From contig JBMNQX010000003.1 in NCBI GenBank assembly GCA_050944355.1, positions 29,136 through 61,135 of the forward strand: 32,000 bases of DNA, written 5' to 3'. The translations under genes and the position numbers were made by a program. The stretch comes from Lachnospiraceae bacterium (GTDB lineage Bacteria; Bacillota; Clostridia; Lachnospirales; Lachnospiraceae). Below are positions 9,826 through 17,675 of the stretch, piece after piece (position 1 is the stretch's first letter; every line of letters starts with the position of its first letter). The notes beneath the pieces were generated by a model. It was given only the letters and a program-made list of their open reading frames with translations, was not told the origin of the DNA and did no database searches.

Positions 9826-11567
9826 AGGGCGTGTTTGAGGCTTCCGGACAGCTGCAGGTCATTTTCGGAACCGGCACGGTCAACAAGGTCTTCGATGAGT
9901 TCATCAAAGAAGCCGGAATTGAGGCTGGAACGAAGGACGACGTGAAAGCGGCGGCGGCGCAGAAGCAGAACTTCTTCCTGCGCCTTGTCAAGACACTGGG
10001 CGATGTATTCGTTCCGATCATTCCGGCCATCGTGGCGTCCGGCCTGATGATGGGACTCGTGGAAGGCATCGGCAGTGCCATTCCGGCTTTCGCGGAATCC
10101 GACATCTATTCAATGCTCGATCTCTTTGCCAATGCGGCCTTCACGTTTCTCCCGATTCTGATTGCCATTTCGGCGGCCAAGGTGTTCGGCGCCAATATTT
10201 ATCTGGGTGCTGTCATCGGCATGATCATGGTTCACCCGAACCTGACCAACGCCTGGTCGGCGGCGGAAGCGATCGCCGACGGAACGATGAAAACCTGGAG
10301 CATTTTCGGACTCTACACCGTAAACCAGGTCGGATATCAGGGACACGTCATACCGGTCGTCATAGCCATCTTTGTGCTGTCGCGCATTGAAAAGAAACTG
10401 CACAAAGTTGTGCCGGAGATGATCGATCTGTTTGTGACGCCGCTCGTCTCCGTCATGGTTACCGCTTTCCTGACAATGGCCGTTATCGGACCGATCTTCG
10501 GCCAGCTTGAGACATGGGTTCTCTCAGGAGTACAGTGGCTGATCACGATTCCATACGGACTTGGCGCCATGATCGTCGGCGGTGTATATGCCATCACCGT
10601 TGTCGCCGGTCTGCACCATATGTACAACGCAATTGAGGCCGAGATGATCGCCGCTAACGGCAAGAACATCTGGATGCCGATCGCCACGGCGGCCAACGTC
10701 GCACAGGGCGGTGCGGCACTTGCCATCGCGCTGAAGACAAAGAACAAGAAGATCAAGGAGATGGCTCTCCCGGCTTCTCTTTCTGCGTTCCTCGGAATCA
10801 CCGAGCCGGCCATCTTCGGTGTCAACGTGCGCTATCAGAGACCGTTTATCGCCGGCCTGATCGGCGGTGCAGCAGGCGCCATGGTGGGCTCTATCACCGG
10901 AGTCTATGCGACAGCGTACGGCATCACCGGCCTGTTCGGTTTCCTGATCACGACGGACTCACTTGTAGGCTACGCGCTGGATATGGCGGTTGCCTTTGTC
11001 GTGTCCTTTGGAATTTCCTGGATTCTCGGGCTGAAACCGGAGGATGAAAATCCGGACAGCGCGGCACTCGAGGCTGAAAAGGCTGCTGAGGCCATTGAGG
11101 AGAATCCGACGCCGGCCGTTGAGAAGGATGAACATTTCAAAGAAGTCATTCCGGCCCCGATGGACGGAATTGTAATGCCGGTCACAGAGGCGCCGGATGA
11201 GACATTTGCCTCGGAAGCACTCGGAAAAGGAATTGCTGTGGATCCGGACGACGGCACGGTAAGAGCTCCGTTTGACGGTTCCGTGCTCATGCTGTTTGAC
11301 ACCGGACACGCCATCGCAATCCGCTCGGATATGGGCGTGGAAGTTCTGATTCACGTCGGGCTCGACACGGTAGGTCTCGGTGGCAAACCGTTCAGCTACA
11401 AAGTAGAAGATCAGGCACATTTCCACAAGGGCGACGTGCTGATGACGGCTGATCTGAACATGATCCGTGAAGCCGGCCTCAAGACCGTCACGCCGATGGT
11501 CGTGACAAATGTCGATGACTTTGCGAGCGTCACGGTGGAAAATAACTGCATTGTGGTGGAGAAATAA
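9804..11567 (+). CDS. scrA: PTS sucrose-family EIIB(C-terminal part)-EIIC-EIIA, main ORF of a frameshifted EIIBCA gene
   Basis: The ORF begins mid-domain with [24 protein letters not shown] (second half of EIIB). A polytopic EIIC follows ([11 protein letters not shown] motif), then a Glu/Ala-rich linker and an EIIA-Glc domain ([22 protein letters not shown]). The 'M' at 9804 is only an in-frame GTG. Adjacency to GH32 suggests sucrose specificity. Confidence 0.9.
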   Translation: MEAVDGVKGVFEASGQLQVIFGTGTVNKVFDEFIKEAGIEAGTKDDVKAAAAQKQNFFLRLVKTLGDVFVPIIPAIVASGLMMGLVEGIGSAIPAFAESDIYSMLDLFANAAFTFLPILIAISAAKVFGANIYLGAVIGMIMVHPNLTNAWSAAEAIADGTMKTWSIFGLYTVNQVGYQGHVIPVVIAIFVLSRIEKKLHKVVPEMIDLFVTPLVSVMVTAFLTMAVIGPIFGQLETWVLSGVQWLITIPYGLGAMIVGGVYAITVVAGLHHMYNAIEAEMIAANGKNIWMPIATAANVAQGGAALAIALKTKNKKIKEMALPASLSAFLGITEPAIFGVNVRYQRPFIAGLIGGAAGAMVGSITGVYATAYGITGLFGFLITTDSLVGYALDMAVAFVVSFGISWILGLKPEDENPDSAALEAEKAAEAIEENPTPAVEKDEHFKEVIPAPMDGIVMPVTEAPDETFASEALGKGIAVDPDDGTVRAPFDGSVLMLFDTGHAIAIRSDMGVEVLIHVGLDTVGLGGKPFSYKVEDQAHFHKGDVLMTADLNMIREAGLKTVTPMVVTNVDDFASVTVENNCIVVEK

Positions 11568-12925
11568 TGATAACTGACAGCAAATGGAACCCGAAGTTCC
11601 ACATTTTCCCGCAGGAGGGCGGCTGGGTCAATGATCCGAACGGCCTCTGCCAGATTGACGGGATCTATCACGTGTTTTATCAGTACCGGCCGGACGCGGC
11701 CGACGGCAGCGGCAGAGTCGCGTGGGGACATTCTGTCTCAAAGGACCTGCTGCACTGGGAATTCAGGGGCGCGCCCATCAAACCGGACACGGAGCTCGAC
11801 AAGAGCGGCGCGTATTCCGGATCGGCGCTGGTGGAAGACGGCGTGATGCATCTGTTCTACACCGGAAATGTGAAGCTCCCGGGCGACTATGACTACACGA
11901 CGGCCGGGCGGCTCTCCAACACGATTCTTGTGAGCAGCCGCGACGGCGGCGCCACATTCACGCCAAAGAAAGCCGTGATGACAAATGCCGACTACCCTCA
12001 GGATCTCAGCTGCCATATCCGGGACCCGAAGGTCTGGAAGAAAGACGGGACATACTATATGGTGCTCGGAGCTCGCACGAAAGCGGACAAGGGCGAAGTG
12101 ATCCTGTTTTCTTCAAAGGACAGAGAGCACTGGAAGACAGAAAAAATCATCACCACAAAAGAACCGTTCGGCTATATGTGGGAGTGCCCGGATCTGTTTG
12201 AACTGGGCGGAAAGAGATTTCTGTCGCTGTGCCCGCAGGGCATAAAGGCGCAGGGGATTCTGTACAACAACATTTACCAGTCCGGATACTTTGTCATGAA
12301 CGGCGATGAGCCGGAGGATTTCACGGAGTGGGACAGAGGCTTTGACTTCTATGCGCCGCAGAGTTTTGTGGATGAGAAGGGACGCCGGCTTTTCATCGGC
12401 TGGATGGGCATGTCGGACAGTCCGTTCCCGAACCCGTCCACGAAGGTGGGCTGGCAGCACATGCTGACACTGCCGCGCGTTCTGGAAACGTATGAGAAGG
12501 ACGGCAAAGTGCGGATTGCGCAGCGGCTGATCCCGGAGATCATTCAGCTTCACGGCGAGGCGGAAGAGATCACGGCGGGAACAGACAGTAAGCCGCACAG
12601 CTGCTTCCACGCGCAGTTTGACAATGACGGCCGCGATTTTGACGTGCGCTTCGGCGATATGGAACTTCACTACAGTCAGGCGCAGGGCCGCATGGCGCTG
12701 GTCTTCACGAACTGGACCAACAGTATCGGCGCGGGGCGCTCGGGCAGACGGGCCATCACAGGCGATGTGAAAAAGCTTGACATCATCGTCGACGTCTCGT
12801 CGGCGGAAATTTTTGTCAACGGCGGAGAGGAAGTCTTCACGACGAGGATTTATCCGGAGAGTGCGCTGCCTCTTCACACGTACGGAAAGGGACTGACGGG
12901 CCGGATTTATGACCTGAAAGTTTAA
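11567..12925 (+). CDS. scrB: sucrose-6-phosphate hydrolase (glycoside hydrolase family 32)
   Basis: GH32 catalytic motifs are present: WVNDPNGL, HIRDPKVW (RDP) and MWECPDLF (EC). The ATG overlaps the PTS stop by 1 nt (TAATGA). Confidence 0.93.
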   Translation: MITDSKWNPKFHIFPQEGGWVNDPNGLCQIDGIYHVFYQYRPDAADGSGRVAWGHSVSKDLLHWEFRGAPIKPDTELDKSGAYSGSALVEDGVMHLFYTGNVKLPGDYDYTTAGRLSNTILVSSRDGGATFTPKKAVMTNADYPQDLSCHIRDPKVWKKDGTYYMVLGARTKADKGEVILFSSKDREHWKTEKIITTKEPFGYMWECPDLFELGGKRFLSLCPQGIKAQGILYNNIYQSGYFVMNGDEPEDFTEWDRGFDFYAPQSFVDEKGRRLFIGWMGMSDSPFPNPSTKVGWQHMLTLPRVLETYEKDGKVRIAQRLIPEIIQLHGEAEEITAGTDSKPHSCFHAQFDNDGRDFDVRFGDMELHYSQAQGRMALVFTNWTNSIGAGRSGRRAITGDVKKLDIIVDVSSAEIFVNGGEEVFTTRIYPESALPLHTYGKGLTGRIYDLKV

Positions 12926-12988
12926 GAGCCGGTTCCCGTGCATTTCGGGCCGGCCGGGCACGAAAAGAAAAGGAGATACGGAAAAACT

Positions 12989-13618
12989 ATGATTAAACTG
13001 GAGCGGACGGCTGTCATGAACTTTGAGAATGCCATGAGAGGCGCAAGAAACCCGATGAACAGCTGGGCGAGAAGCGACAGCCACACTGCCCCGGACGGGA
13101 CGTTCACCTTTGGACCGAACGACTTTGATCTGGCAAAACGGCTCGCGAGGGCCGGCTCGGATCACCGCAAGTTCATCCGGCAGATCTTTGTGTCGGTTGA
13201 CATCACGGCGCCGCTCTACTGGTGGAAGGAATTCGATACGTACAAGGTCGCCACGGTGGCCAACTCGACGTCGACGATGCACAAGATCCACGCCAAGCCG
13301 TTTGAGCGCGCTGATTTCTCCTGCGATCACATGGACGAAAAGACGCTTGCGATGCTCGACGAAGTGATTGCGTATCTCGAGAGCGTCCGCCAGGAGTATG
13401 TAAAGACAAAGGACAAACAGCTCTGGTACGACATGATCCAGCTTCTGCCCGAGAGTTACAACCAGATGCGGACGATCACCATGAATTATGAGACGCTCGT
13501 GAACCAGTACTACGCGAGGCGCGATCACAAGCTTCAGGAGTGGCACGAGTACTGCCGCTGGGTCGAGACGCTCCCCTACTTTAAAGACCTGTTTATCGAT
13601 CAGGATATCTCAAGATGA
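12989..13618 (+). CDS. ThyX-fold (Thy1-like) protein lacking the RHR motif; function unknown
   Basis: 209-aa ORF starting at ATG 12989, after AGGAG at 12971-12975. Whole-length similarity to flavin-dependent thymidylate synthase was judged by eye (AGSDHRKFIRQIFVSVDITAPLYWWKEF; LLPESYNQMRTITMNYETLVNQYYARRD). RHR-x7-S is replaced by DTY-x7-S. The existence of the CDS is more certain than the family call. Confidence 0.6.
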   Translation: MIKLERTAVMNFENAMRGARNPMNSWARSDSHTAPDGTFTFGPNDFDLAKRLARAGSDHRKFIRQIFVSVDITAPLYWWKEFDTYKVATVANSTSTMHKIHAKPFERADFSCDHMDEKTLAMLDEVIAYLESVRQEYVKTKDKQLWYDMIQLLPESYNQMRTITMNYETLVNQYYARRDHKLQEWHEYCRWVETLPYFKDLFIDQDISR

Positions 13619-13657
13619 ACCGGAAGCCCTGAAATTTAATCCGGGCAGAATGAAAAC

Positions 13658-13699
13658 AAGGCTGCTGTCCTGGTGTAAAAGCACCGGGGCAGCAGCCTT
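13658..13699. terminator. bidirectional terminator hairpin between convergent genes
   Basis: AAGGCTGCTGTCCTGGTG (13658-13675) pairs with GCACCGGGGCAGCAGCCTT (13681-13699), with two positions that would be G-U pairs. TTTAT follows on the + strand and GTTTTCAT on the - strand. Confidence 0.8.
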
Positions 13700-13729
13700 T
13701 TATCTGCGGATTTTTTCGGGACACGGCTG

Positions 13730-15001
13730 TCAGTTCGCCTGATTCAGCTCTTCGGCCGTGGGCAGTCTGGTCTCGCCCGTGCGCAGCCCCTGCATATACT
13801 GATGCATGGACTCTGCGACGATCTTTGAGTGGGCGACGGCCTCTACGACAGTGCGGGCTCCGGCGACAACGTCACCGGAAGCGAAAATCCCGGGAACTGA
13901 CGTGTGACCGGTGTCGTCGGCCTCCAGAAGGCCTTTGTTATTGGTCTGCAGACCTCTTGTCGAGTTGACGAGGCGGTTCTGCGGCCCCTGGCTGATGGAG
14001 ATGATAACGGAATCTGACGGGAAGAACTTGTCGCTGTCCGGGATCTCTTTGAGACTCCCGTCTTCCTGCTCTTCAACTTTGCGGAAAATGACTCCGTCAT
14101 CCCTGATTTCAATCGGTTTCCAGTTGTACTCGAAATCGACGCCTTCAAGCTGCGCATAGCTGAATTCATGCTGGCTGGCGGCGATTTTCTTTGTCAGCGA
14201 GAAGCAGGTCAGATGGCGCACGCCTTTGCGGATCGCGGTGCGGGCGACGTCCATTGCGGCGTTGCCGGCGCCGATGACTGTCACGCGGCTTCCGAGCTGA
14301 TAGCTGTCCGGGTTGTTCAGATAGTTGATGCCGAAATGCACGTTTCCGAACGTCTCGCCTTTGATGTGCAGTACATTCGGCTTCCACACGCCGGTTCCGA
14401 TGAAGATCGAGTTGTAGCCGTCCCGGAACAGATCGCTGATGGTGATGGCCATGCCGATCGTGGTGTTCGGACGGATTTTGATGTCCTTCATGCGGAGATG
14501 CCGGTATTCAAAGTCGTCGAGCACCGATTTGGGAAGGCGGAATTCCGGAATGCCGTAGCGCAGCACGCCGCCGATCTTGTCTTTGCCCTCGAAGATCGTG
14601 ACGTCGTAGCCGTAGCGGGCAAGAATGACGGCGATTGTGAGGCCGGCCGGTCCGGAGCCGATGATGGCGACTCTCTGGCCGTTCTTTTTGCTCGGCCCTT
14701 TTGTCATCTGATTGGCATACGTTTCCGAGATATAGTTTTCGATGATTGAGAAATGAACCGGCGCGCCCTTGATACCGCGCACACAATGGCCTTCGCACTG
14801 ATTTTCGTGATTGCAGATCAGAGAGCAGACGGTTGTGAGCGGATTGTTCTCGAAGAGCATCCAGCCGGCTTCATTGAGCTTTCCCTCGCGCAGAAGACGG
14901 ATTACCGTCGGAATGTCGGTGTGAATCGGGCAGCCCTGACGGCAGCGCGGATTCTTGCACTGGAGACAGCGCGAAGCTTCGTCGAGTACGTGAAGTGACA
15001 T
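13730..15001 (-). CDS. GltD-family NAD(P)H-dependent FAD/Fe-S oxidoreductase (glutamate synthase small-subunit-like)
   Basis: 423 aa. The N-terminal Cys clusters are CLQCKNPRCRQGCP and CSLICNHENQCEGHC. The dinucleotide folds are VAIIGSGPAGL and VTVIGAGNAAMD, and the C-terminal motif is GIFASGD. Confidence 0.85.
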   Translation of the reverse strand: MSLHVLDEASRCLQCKNPRCRQGCPIHTDIPTVIRLLREGKLNEAGWMLFENNPLTTVCSLICNHENQCEGHCVRGIKGAPVHFSIIENYISETYANQMTKGPSKKNGQRVAIIGSGPAGLTIAVILARYGYDVTIFEGKDKIGGVLRYGIPEFRLPKSVLDDFEYRHLRMKDIKIRPNTTIGMAITISDLFRDGYNSIFIGTGVWKPNVLHIKGETFGNVHFGINYLNNPDSYQLGSRVTVIGAGNAAMDVARTAIRKGVRHLTCFSLTKKIAASQHEFSYAQLEGVDFEYNWKPIEIRDDGVIFRKVEEQEDGSLKEIPDSDKFFPSDSVIISISQGPQNRLVNSTRGLQTNNKGLLEADDTGHTSVPGIFASGDVVAGARTVVEAVAHSKIVAESMHQYMQGLRTGETRLPTAEELNQAN

Positions 15002-15081
15002 AATTGGGATCCTTTCCCAGGTCTTTTTGCGTAAAATAATGGGTCTGAGACCTTGGCACGAAATATTTTCTGGCTCTTATT

Positions 15082-15110
15082 ATTATAGAATCCGGCGCCG
15101 ATGTTGACAA
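15082..15110 (-). promoter_or_regulatory. candidate promoter of the GltD-like gene (TTGTCA-17 nt-TATAAT on the minus strand)
   Basis: On the minus strand, the -35 TTGTCA occupies 15110-15105 and the -10 TATAAT occupies 15087-15082, with a 17-nt spacer. It lies about 80 nt upstream of the start codon at 15001. Confidence 0.45.
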
Positions 15111-15132
15111 GTGAGATGGTGAATGTTATATA
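15104..15132 (+). promoter_or_regulatory. promoter of hup (TTGACA-17 nt-TATATA with TG extension)
   Basis: A consensus TTGACA lies at 15104-15109, TGt at 15124-15126 and TATATA at 15127-15132. It is about 55 nt upstream of ATG 15187. Confidence 0.6.
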
Positions 15133-15186
15133 TTTCAGTAGGGCTTGAAAACAGCGAATTTATGCGATTAAGGAGAGTTTTTTACC

Positions 15187-15462
15187 ATGAACAAGACCGA
15201 ATTGACAGCAGAAATTGCCTCCAAGACAAATCTGACCAAGAAGGACTGCGAGAGCTTTTTGAACGCATTCACTGACGTTGTCACCGATGCACTCTCAAAA
15301 GGCGAAAAGGTTCAGATGATCGGCTTCGGTTCGTTTGAAGTCATCAAGAGATCGGAGAGAACCGGTAAGAATCCGCAGACTGGCAAGACGATCACCATTG
15401 CGGCTGTAAAGGCGCCGAAGTTCAGACCCGGCAAGGCTCTGAAGGACGCTGTAAACGCCTGA
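15187..15462 (+). CDS. hup: DNA-binding protein HU
   Basis: The 91-aa sequence MNKTELTAEIA...GFGSFEV..R..R.GKNPQTG..I.I...KAPKFRPGKALKDAVN is a typical HU/IHF-fold sequence. The RBS AAGGAGAG lies upstream. Confidence 0.95.
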   Translation: MNKTELTAEIASKTNLTKKDCESFLNAFTDVVTDALSKGEKVQMIGFGSFEVIKRSERTGKNPQTGKTITIAAVKAPKFRPGKALKDAVNA

Positions 15463-15487
15463 ATCGGGGAAAGCAATCGCTCAGCAG

Positions 15488-15527
15488 GGAGGAAACGGGC
15501 AGAAACCGTTTCCTCCTTTCTGTCTTT
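15488..15527 (+). terminator. rho-independent terminator of hup
   Basis: A perfect 11-bp stem joins GGAGGAAACGG (15488-15498) and CCGTTTCCTCC (15506-15516). The loop is 7 nt and the T-rich tail is TTTCTGTCTTT. Confidence 0.85.
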
Positions 15528-15547
15528 ATACACAAAGGAGATGCACA

Positions 15548-15787
15548 ATGCGCCTTGACAAATTCTTAAAAGTATCCCGCCTGATCAAGCGCAGGACTGT
15601 GGCAAATGAGGCGTGTGACGCGGGGAGAGTTTCGATCAACGGACGTCCGGCCAAAGCCTCAGCGGACGTGAAAGCCGGCGACATTCTTGAGATTCAGTTC
15701 GGCAACCGCGACGTGAAAGTCCGCGTAAAAGATGTGAAAGAAACAATTCACAAAGAAGATGCTTCGGAAATGTTTGAATATCTGTAA
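15548..15787 (+). CDS. S4-domain RNA-binding protein, YabO/RqcP (Hsp15-like)
   Basis: The 79-aa sequence MRLDKFLKVSRLIKRRTVANEACDAGRVSINGRPAKAS is an S4 alpha-L motif. It holds the YabO position, upstream of divIC. The RBS AAAGGAG lies upstream. Confidence 0.85.
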   Translation: MRLDKFLKVSRLIKRRTVANEACDAGRVSINGRPAKASADVKAGDILEIQFGNRDVKVRVKDVKETIHKEDASEMFEYL

Positions 15788-15791
15788 AATG

Positions 15792-15800
15792 TGCTATACT
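15792..15800 (+). promoter_or_regulatory. possible extended -10 promoter element (TGcTATACT) ahead of divIC-tilS
   Basis: TGCTATACT lies at 15792-15800, just after the yabO-like stop. The only -35-like element is a weak TTGAAT at 15774-15779, with a short spacer. Confidence 0.3.
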
Positions 15801-15855
15801 ATAAATTACTGCTAATATAGTATTTCTAAGAGCATCACCGGAAAGGAGGAAGCAG

Positions 15856-16197
15856 TTGGCACACGGAAAGTATCTAACGGCCAAAGTGAGAGAGCGCAAA
15901 ATGCGCCGCAGAAAGAAAACAATTCAGATAGGCGCCATTGCCGCCGCTGCAGCCATTGTTCTCCTGGCTGCCATTCTTGTGGTCAACGGTCTTCAACTCA
16001 GTGCGAAGAATCAGCAGTACGAGGAGCAGATTGCAAGCCTGGAGGAACAGGTCGCTCTTCAGGAAGAGCGGCAGCAGACCATAGAGGCTGAAGAAGAGTA
16101 CATGCAGACGCAGGATTACGTGGAGGAGATTGCGCAGGAAAAGTTCGGACTCGTGTATCCGGATGAAATTATTTTCCGCGCTGTCAGCGGACAATGA
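15856..16197 (+). CDS. divIC: septum formation initiator, FtsB/DivIC family
   Basis: It has a basic N-terminus, a single TM (IGAIAAAAAIVLLAAILVV), a coiled coil (QQYEEQIASLEEQVALQEERQ) and the C-terminal YVEEIAQEKFGLVYPDEIIF block typical of DivIC/FtsB. The TTG start follows GAAAGGAGGA. Confidence 0.85.
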   Translation: MAHGKYLTAKVRERKMRRRKKTIQIGAIAAAAAIVLLAAILVVNGLQLSAKNQQYEEQIASLEEQVALQEERQQTIEAEEEYMQTQDYVEEIAQEKFGLVYPDEIIFRAVSGQ

Positions 16198-17645
16198 CAG
16201 AAAAAAGCAAAAGCAGGAAGCCGGATGAAAGGCAGGAGAAGATCCTGATCACCGTCCGGGATTTCTGCAGAGAGAATGATCTGTTCGGAGGCTGCCGGGC
16301 AGTCTACGCCGGTGTTTCAGGCGGGGCTGATTCGGTATGCCTCCTGTTTATTTTACAGCGCCTTTTTTCGAGGATGCCGGAAGACAGGCGCCCGAGCCTG
16401 ACGGCCGTACATGTGCATCACGGCATCCGGGGCGCCGAGGCGGACAGGGATGCGGAGTTCACGCGCCGGCTGTGCGCCGGGCTGGGCGTTGCATTTGTTA
16501 TGAAAAGAGTTGACGCGCCGGCGTTTGCGAGGGAAAAGAAGCTGTCGCTCGAGGAGGCGGCGAGGCAGCTGCGGTATGCGGCGCTCCGCGAGGCGGCGGA
16601 CGGAAACCCGATCGCGGTGGCGCACACGGCGAGCGATCAGGCGGAGACGCTGCTGTTCAGGCTTGCGAGAGGAACGGGCGTGCGCGGTCTTGCCGGCATG
16701 AGTCCGAAAACCGGTGATATCTGCCGTCCGCTGCTGTGCCTCACAAGACAGGACACGGAAGCGTTTCTTTTGGCTGAGGGGCAGCCGTTTGTGACGGACA
16801 GCACGAATTTCGGGCGTGACAACGCGCGCTCTATTCTGCGCGCGGATGTGCTGCCGGGGCTCACAGAGGTGAATTCGCAGGCCGTGAGGCATATCGCCAG
16901 AACGGCGGAAGAGCTCGCACAGGCAGAAGAACTGATCCGTGCTCTAAGCAGTGATCTTCTTGAGAAAGCCGGCCGGGACGCGAAGTCCGGCATTCTGCTT
17001 GACATCAGAACACTTAAGGCGGCGCCGGAAATTGTCGGCCGGCGGGCCGTTTTATCGGCGCTGATAAAATCGGCGGGCCACGAACGGGATATTCAGGCGG
17101 TGCATGTACAGGCCGTCTGTGACCTGATGAATGAAGAGACCGGGGCGAGAGTCTGCCTCCCGTACGGCGTGCAGGTGCGCCGGGAATACGACTGTCTGCA
17201 CTTTTTCAGAGGAGAGCCTGCGGAGCGGAAAGCACGCTTTGCGCCGCAGGCTCTCGGGGGAAAAGACCGGGAAGAGCTTGAGAACGGCGGAAAAGTCATT
17301 AAATTCTTCGGACCATGGCGGGCAGAGTTTGTACTGGTTCCAAAATTTGCGCGGGATGAGGATAATGAGTTCACGAAGTTCTTTGATTATGATAAAATGA
17401 AACATGAATTACTGTTCAGAAACGCGGCAGAAAACGATTTTATGCAGACCGGCAGACAGTCCCGGGCAGCGCTTGTCAAGGTCTTCCGTGACAGGAAAAT
17501 CAGTCAGGAACAGCGCGGGGAAGTGCCGCTTGTGGCCGCGGGGAGCGAGGTATACTGGGCTGTCGGCGTAAGACGCAGCCAGGCCGCGCTCATCGATGAG
17601 CAGACAAGAAGGATACTGCGCCTGAGCGTTGCGAGGACGGATTGA
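16194..17645 (+). CDS. tilS: tRNA(Ile)-lysidine synthase
   Basis: It has the PP-loop GVSGGADSVCLL and the HVHHGIRG block, and 483 aa is the right size. An ATGA overlap joins it to divIC, and hpt-ftsH follow, as in Bacillus. Confidence 0.93.
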   Translation: MTEKSKSRKPDERQEKILITVRDFCRENDLFGGCRAVYAGVSGGADSVCLLFILQRLFSRMPEDRRPSLTAVHVHHGIRGAEADRDAEFTRRLCAGLGVAFVMKRVDAPAFAREKKLSLEEAARQLRYAALREAADGNPIAVAHTASDQAETLLFRLARGTGVRGLAGMSPKTGDICRPLLCLTRQDTEAFLLAEGQPFVTDSTNFGRDNARSILRADVLPGLTEVNSQAVRHIARTAEELAQAEELIRALSSDLLEKAGRDAKSGILLDIRTLKAAPEIVGRRAVLSALIKSAGHERDIQAVHVQAVCDLMNEETGARVCLPYGVQVRREYDCLHFFRGEPAERKARFAPQALGGKDREELENGGKVIKFFGPWRAEFVLVPKFARDEDNEFTKFFDYDKMKHELLFRNAAENDFMQTGRQSRAALVKVFRDRKISQEQRGEVPLVAAGSEVYWAVGVRRSQAALIDEQTRRILRLSVARTD

Positions 17646-17675
17646 GTCTCCTTAAGGCGGGCGGAAAGGAAATCC

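Noticed and set aside
9806-9845. Looked for a downstream stimulatory stem-loop and an upstream SD-like element that would support programmed -1 frameshifting at the A_AAA_AAG site.
   Set aside because: The only structure is a 6-bp long-range pairing, GGAAGC (9806-9811) with GCTTCC (9840-9845). It starts 2 nt after the heptamer, too close, and encloses a 28-nt poorly structured loop. The upstream AAGGT is a weak SD mimic. This is insufficient to claim programmed recoding.
12928-12954. GC-rich hairpin after scrB (GCCGG-tt-CCCG...CGGG-CCGGC).
   Set aside because: No U-tract follows; the next sequence is CGGGCACGAAAAG. It cannot be called an intrinsic terminator, though it may still be an RNA-stabilising or processing structure.
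12113-13546. 477-aa minus-strand ORF spanning the end of scrB and the ThyX-like gene.
   Set aside because: It is antisense to two well-supported + strand genes and crosses their intergenic region. Its composition is Arg/Val/His-rich with no recognisable domain, so it is a shadow ORF.
13650-13742. 30-codon ORF (MKTRLLSWCKSTGAAAFYLRIFSGHGCQFA) in the intergenic region between the convergent genes.
   Set aside because: It has no RBS, it is made up largely of the two arms of the terminator hairpin, and it runs into the end of the minus-strand gene. It is almost certainly non-coding.
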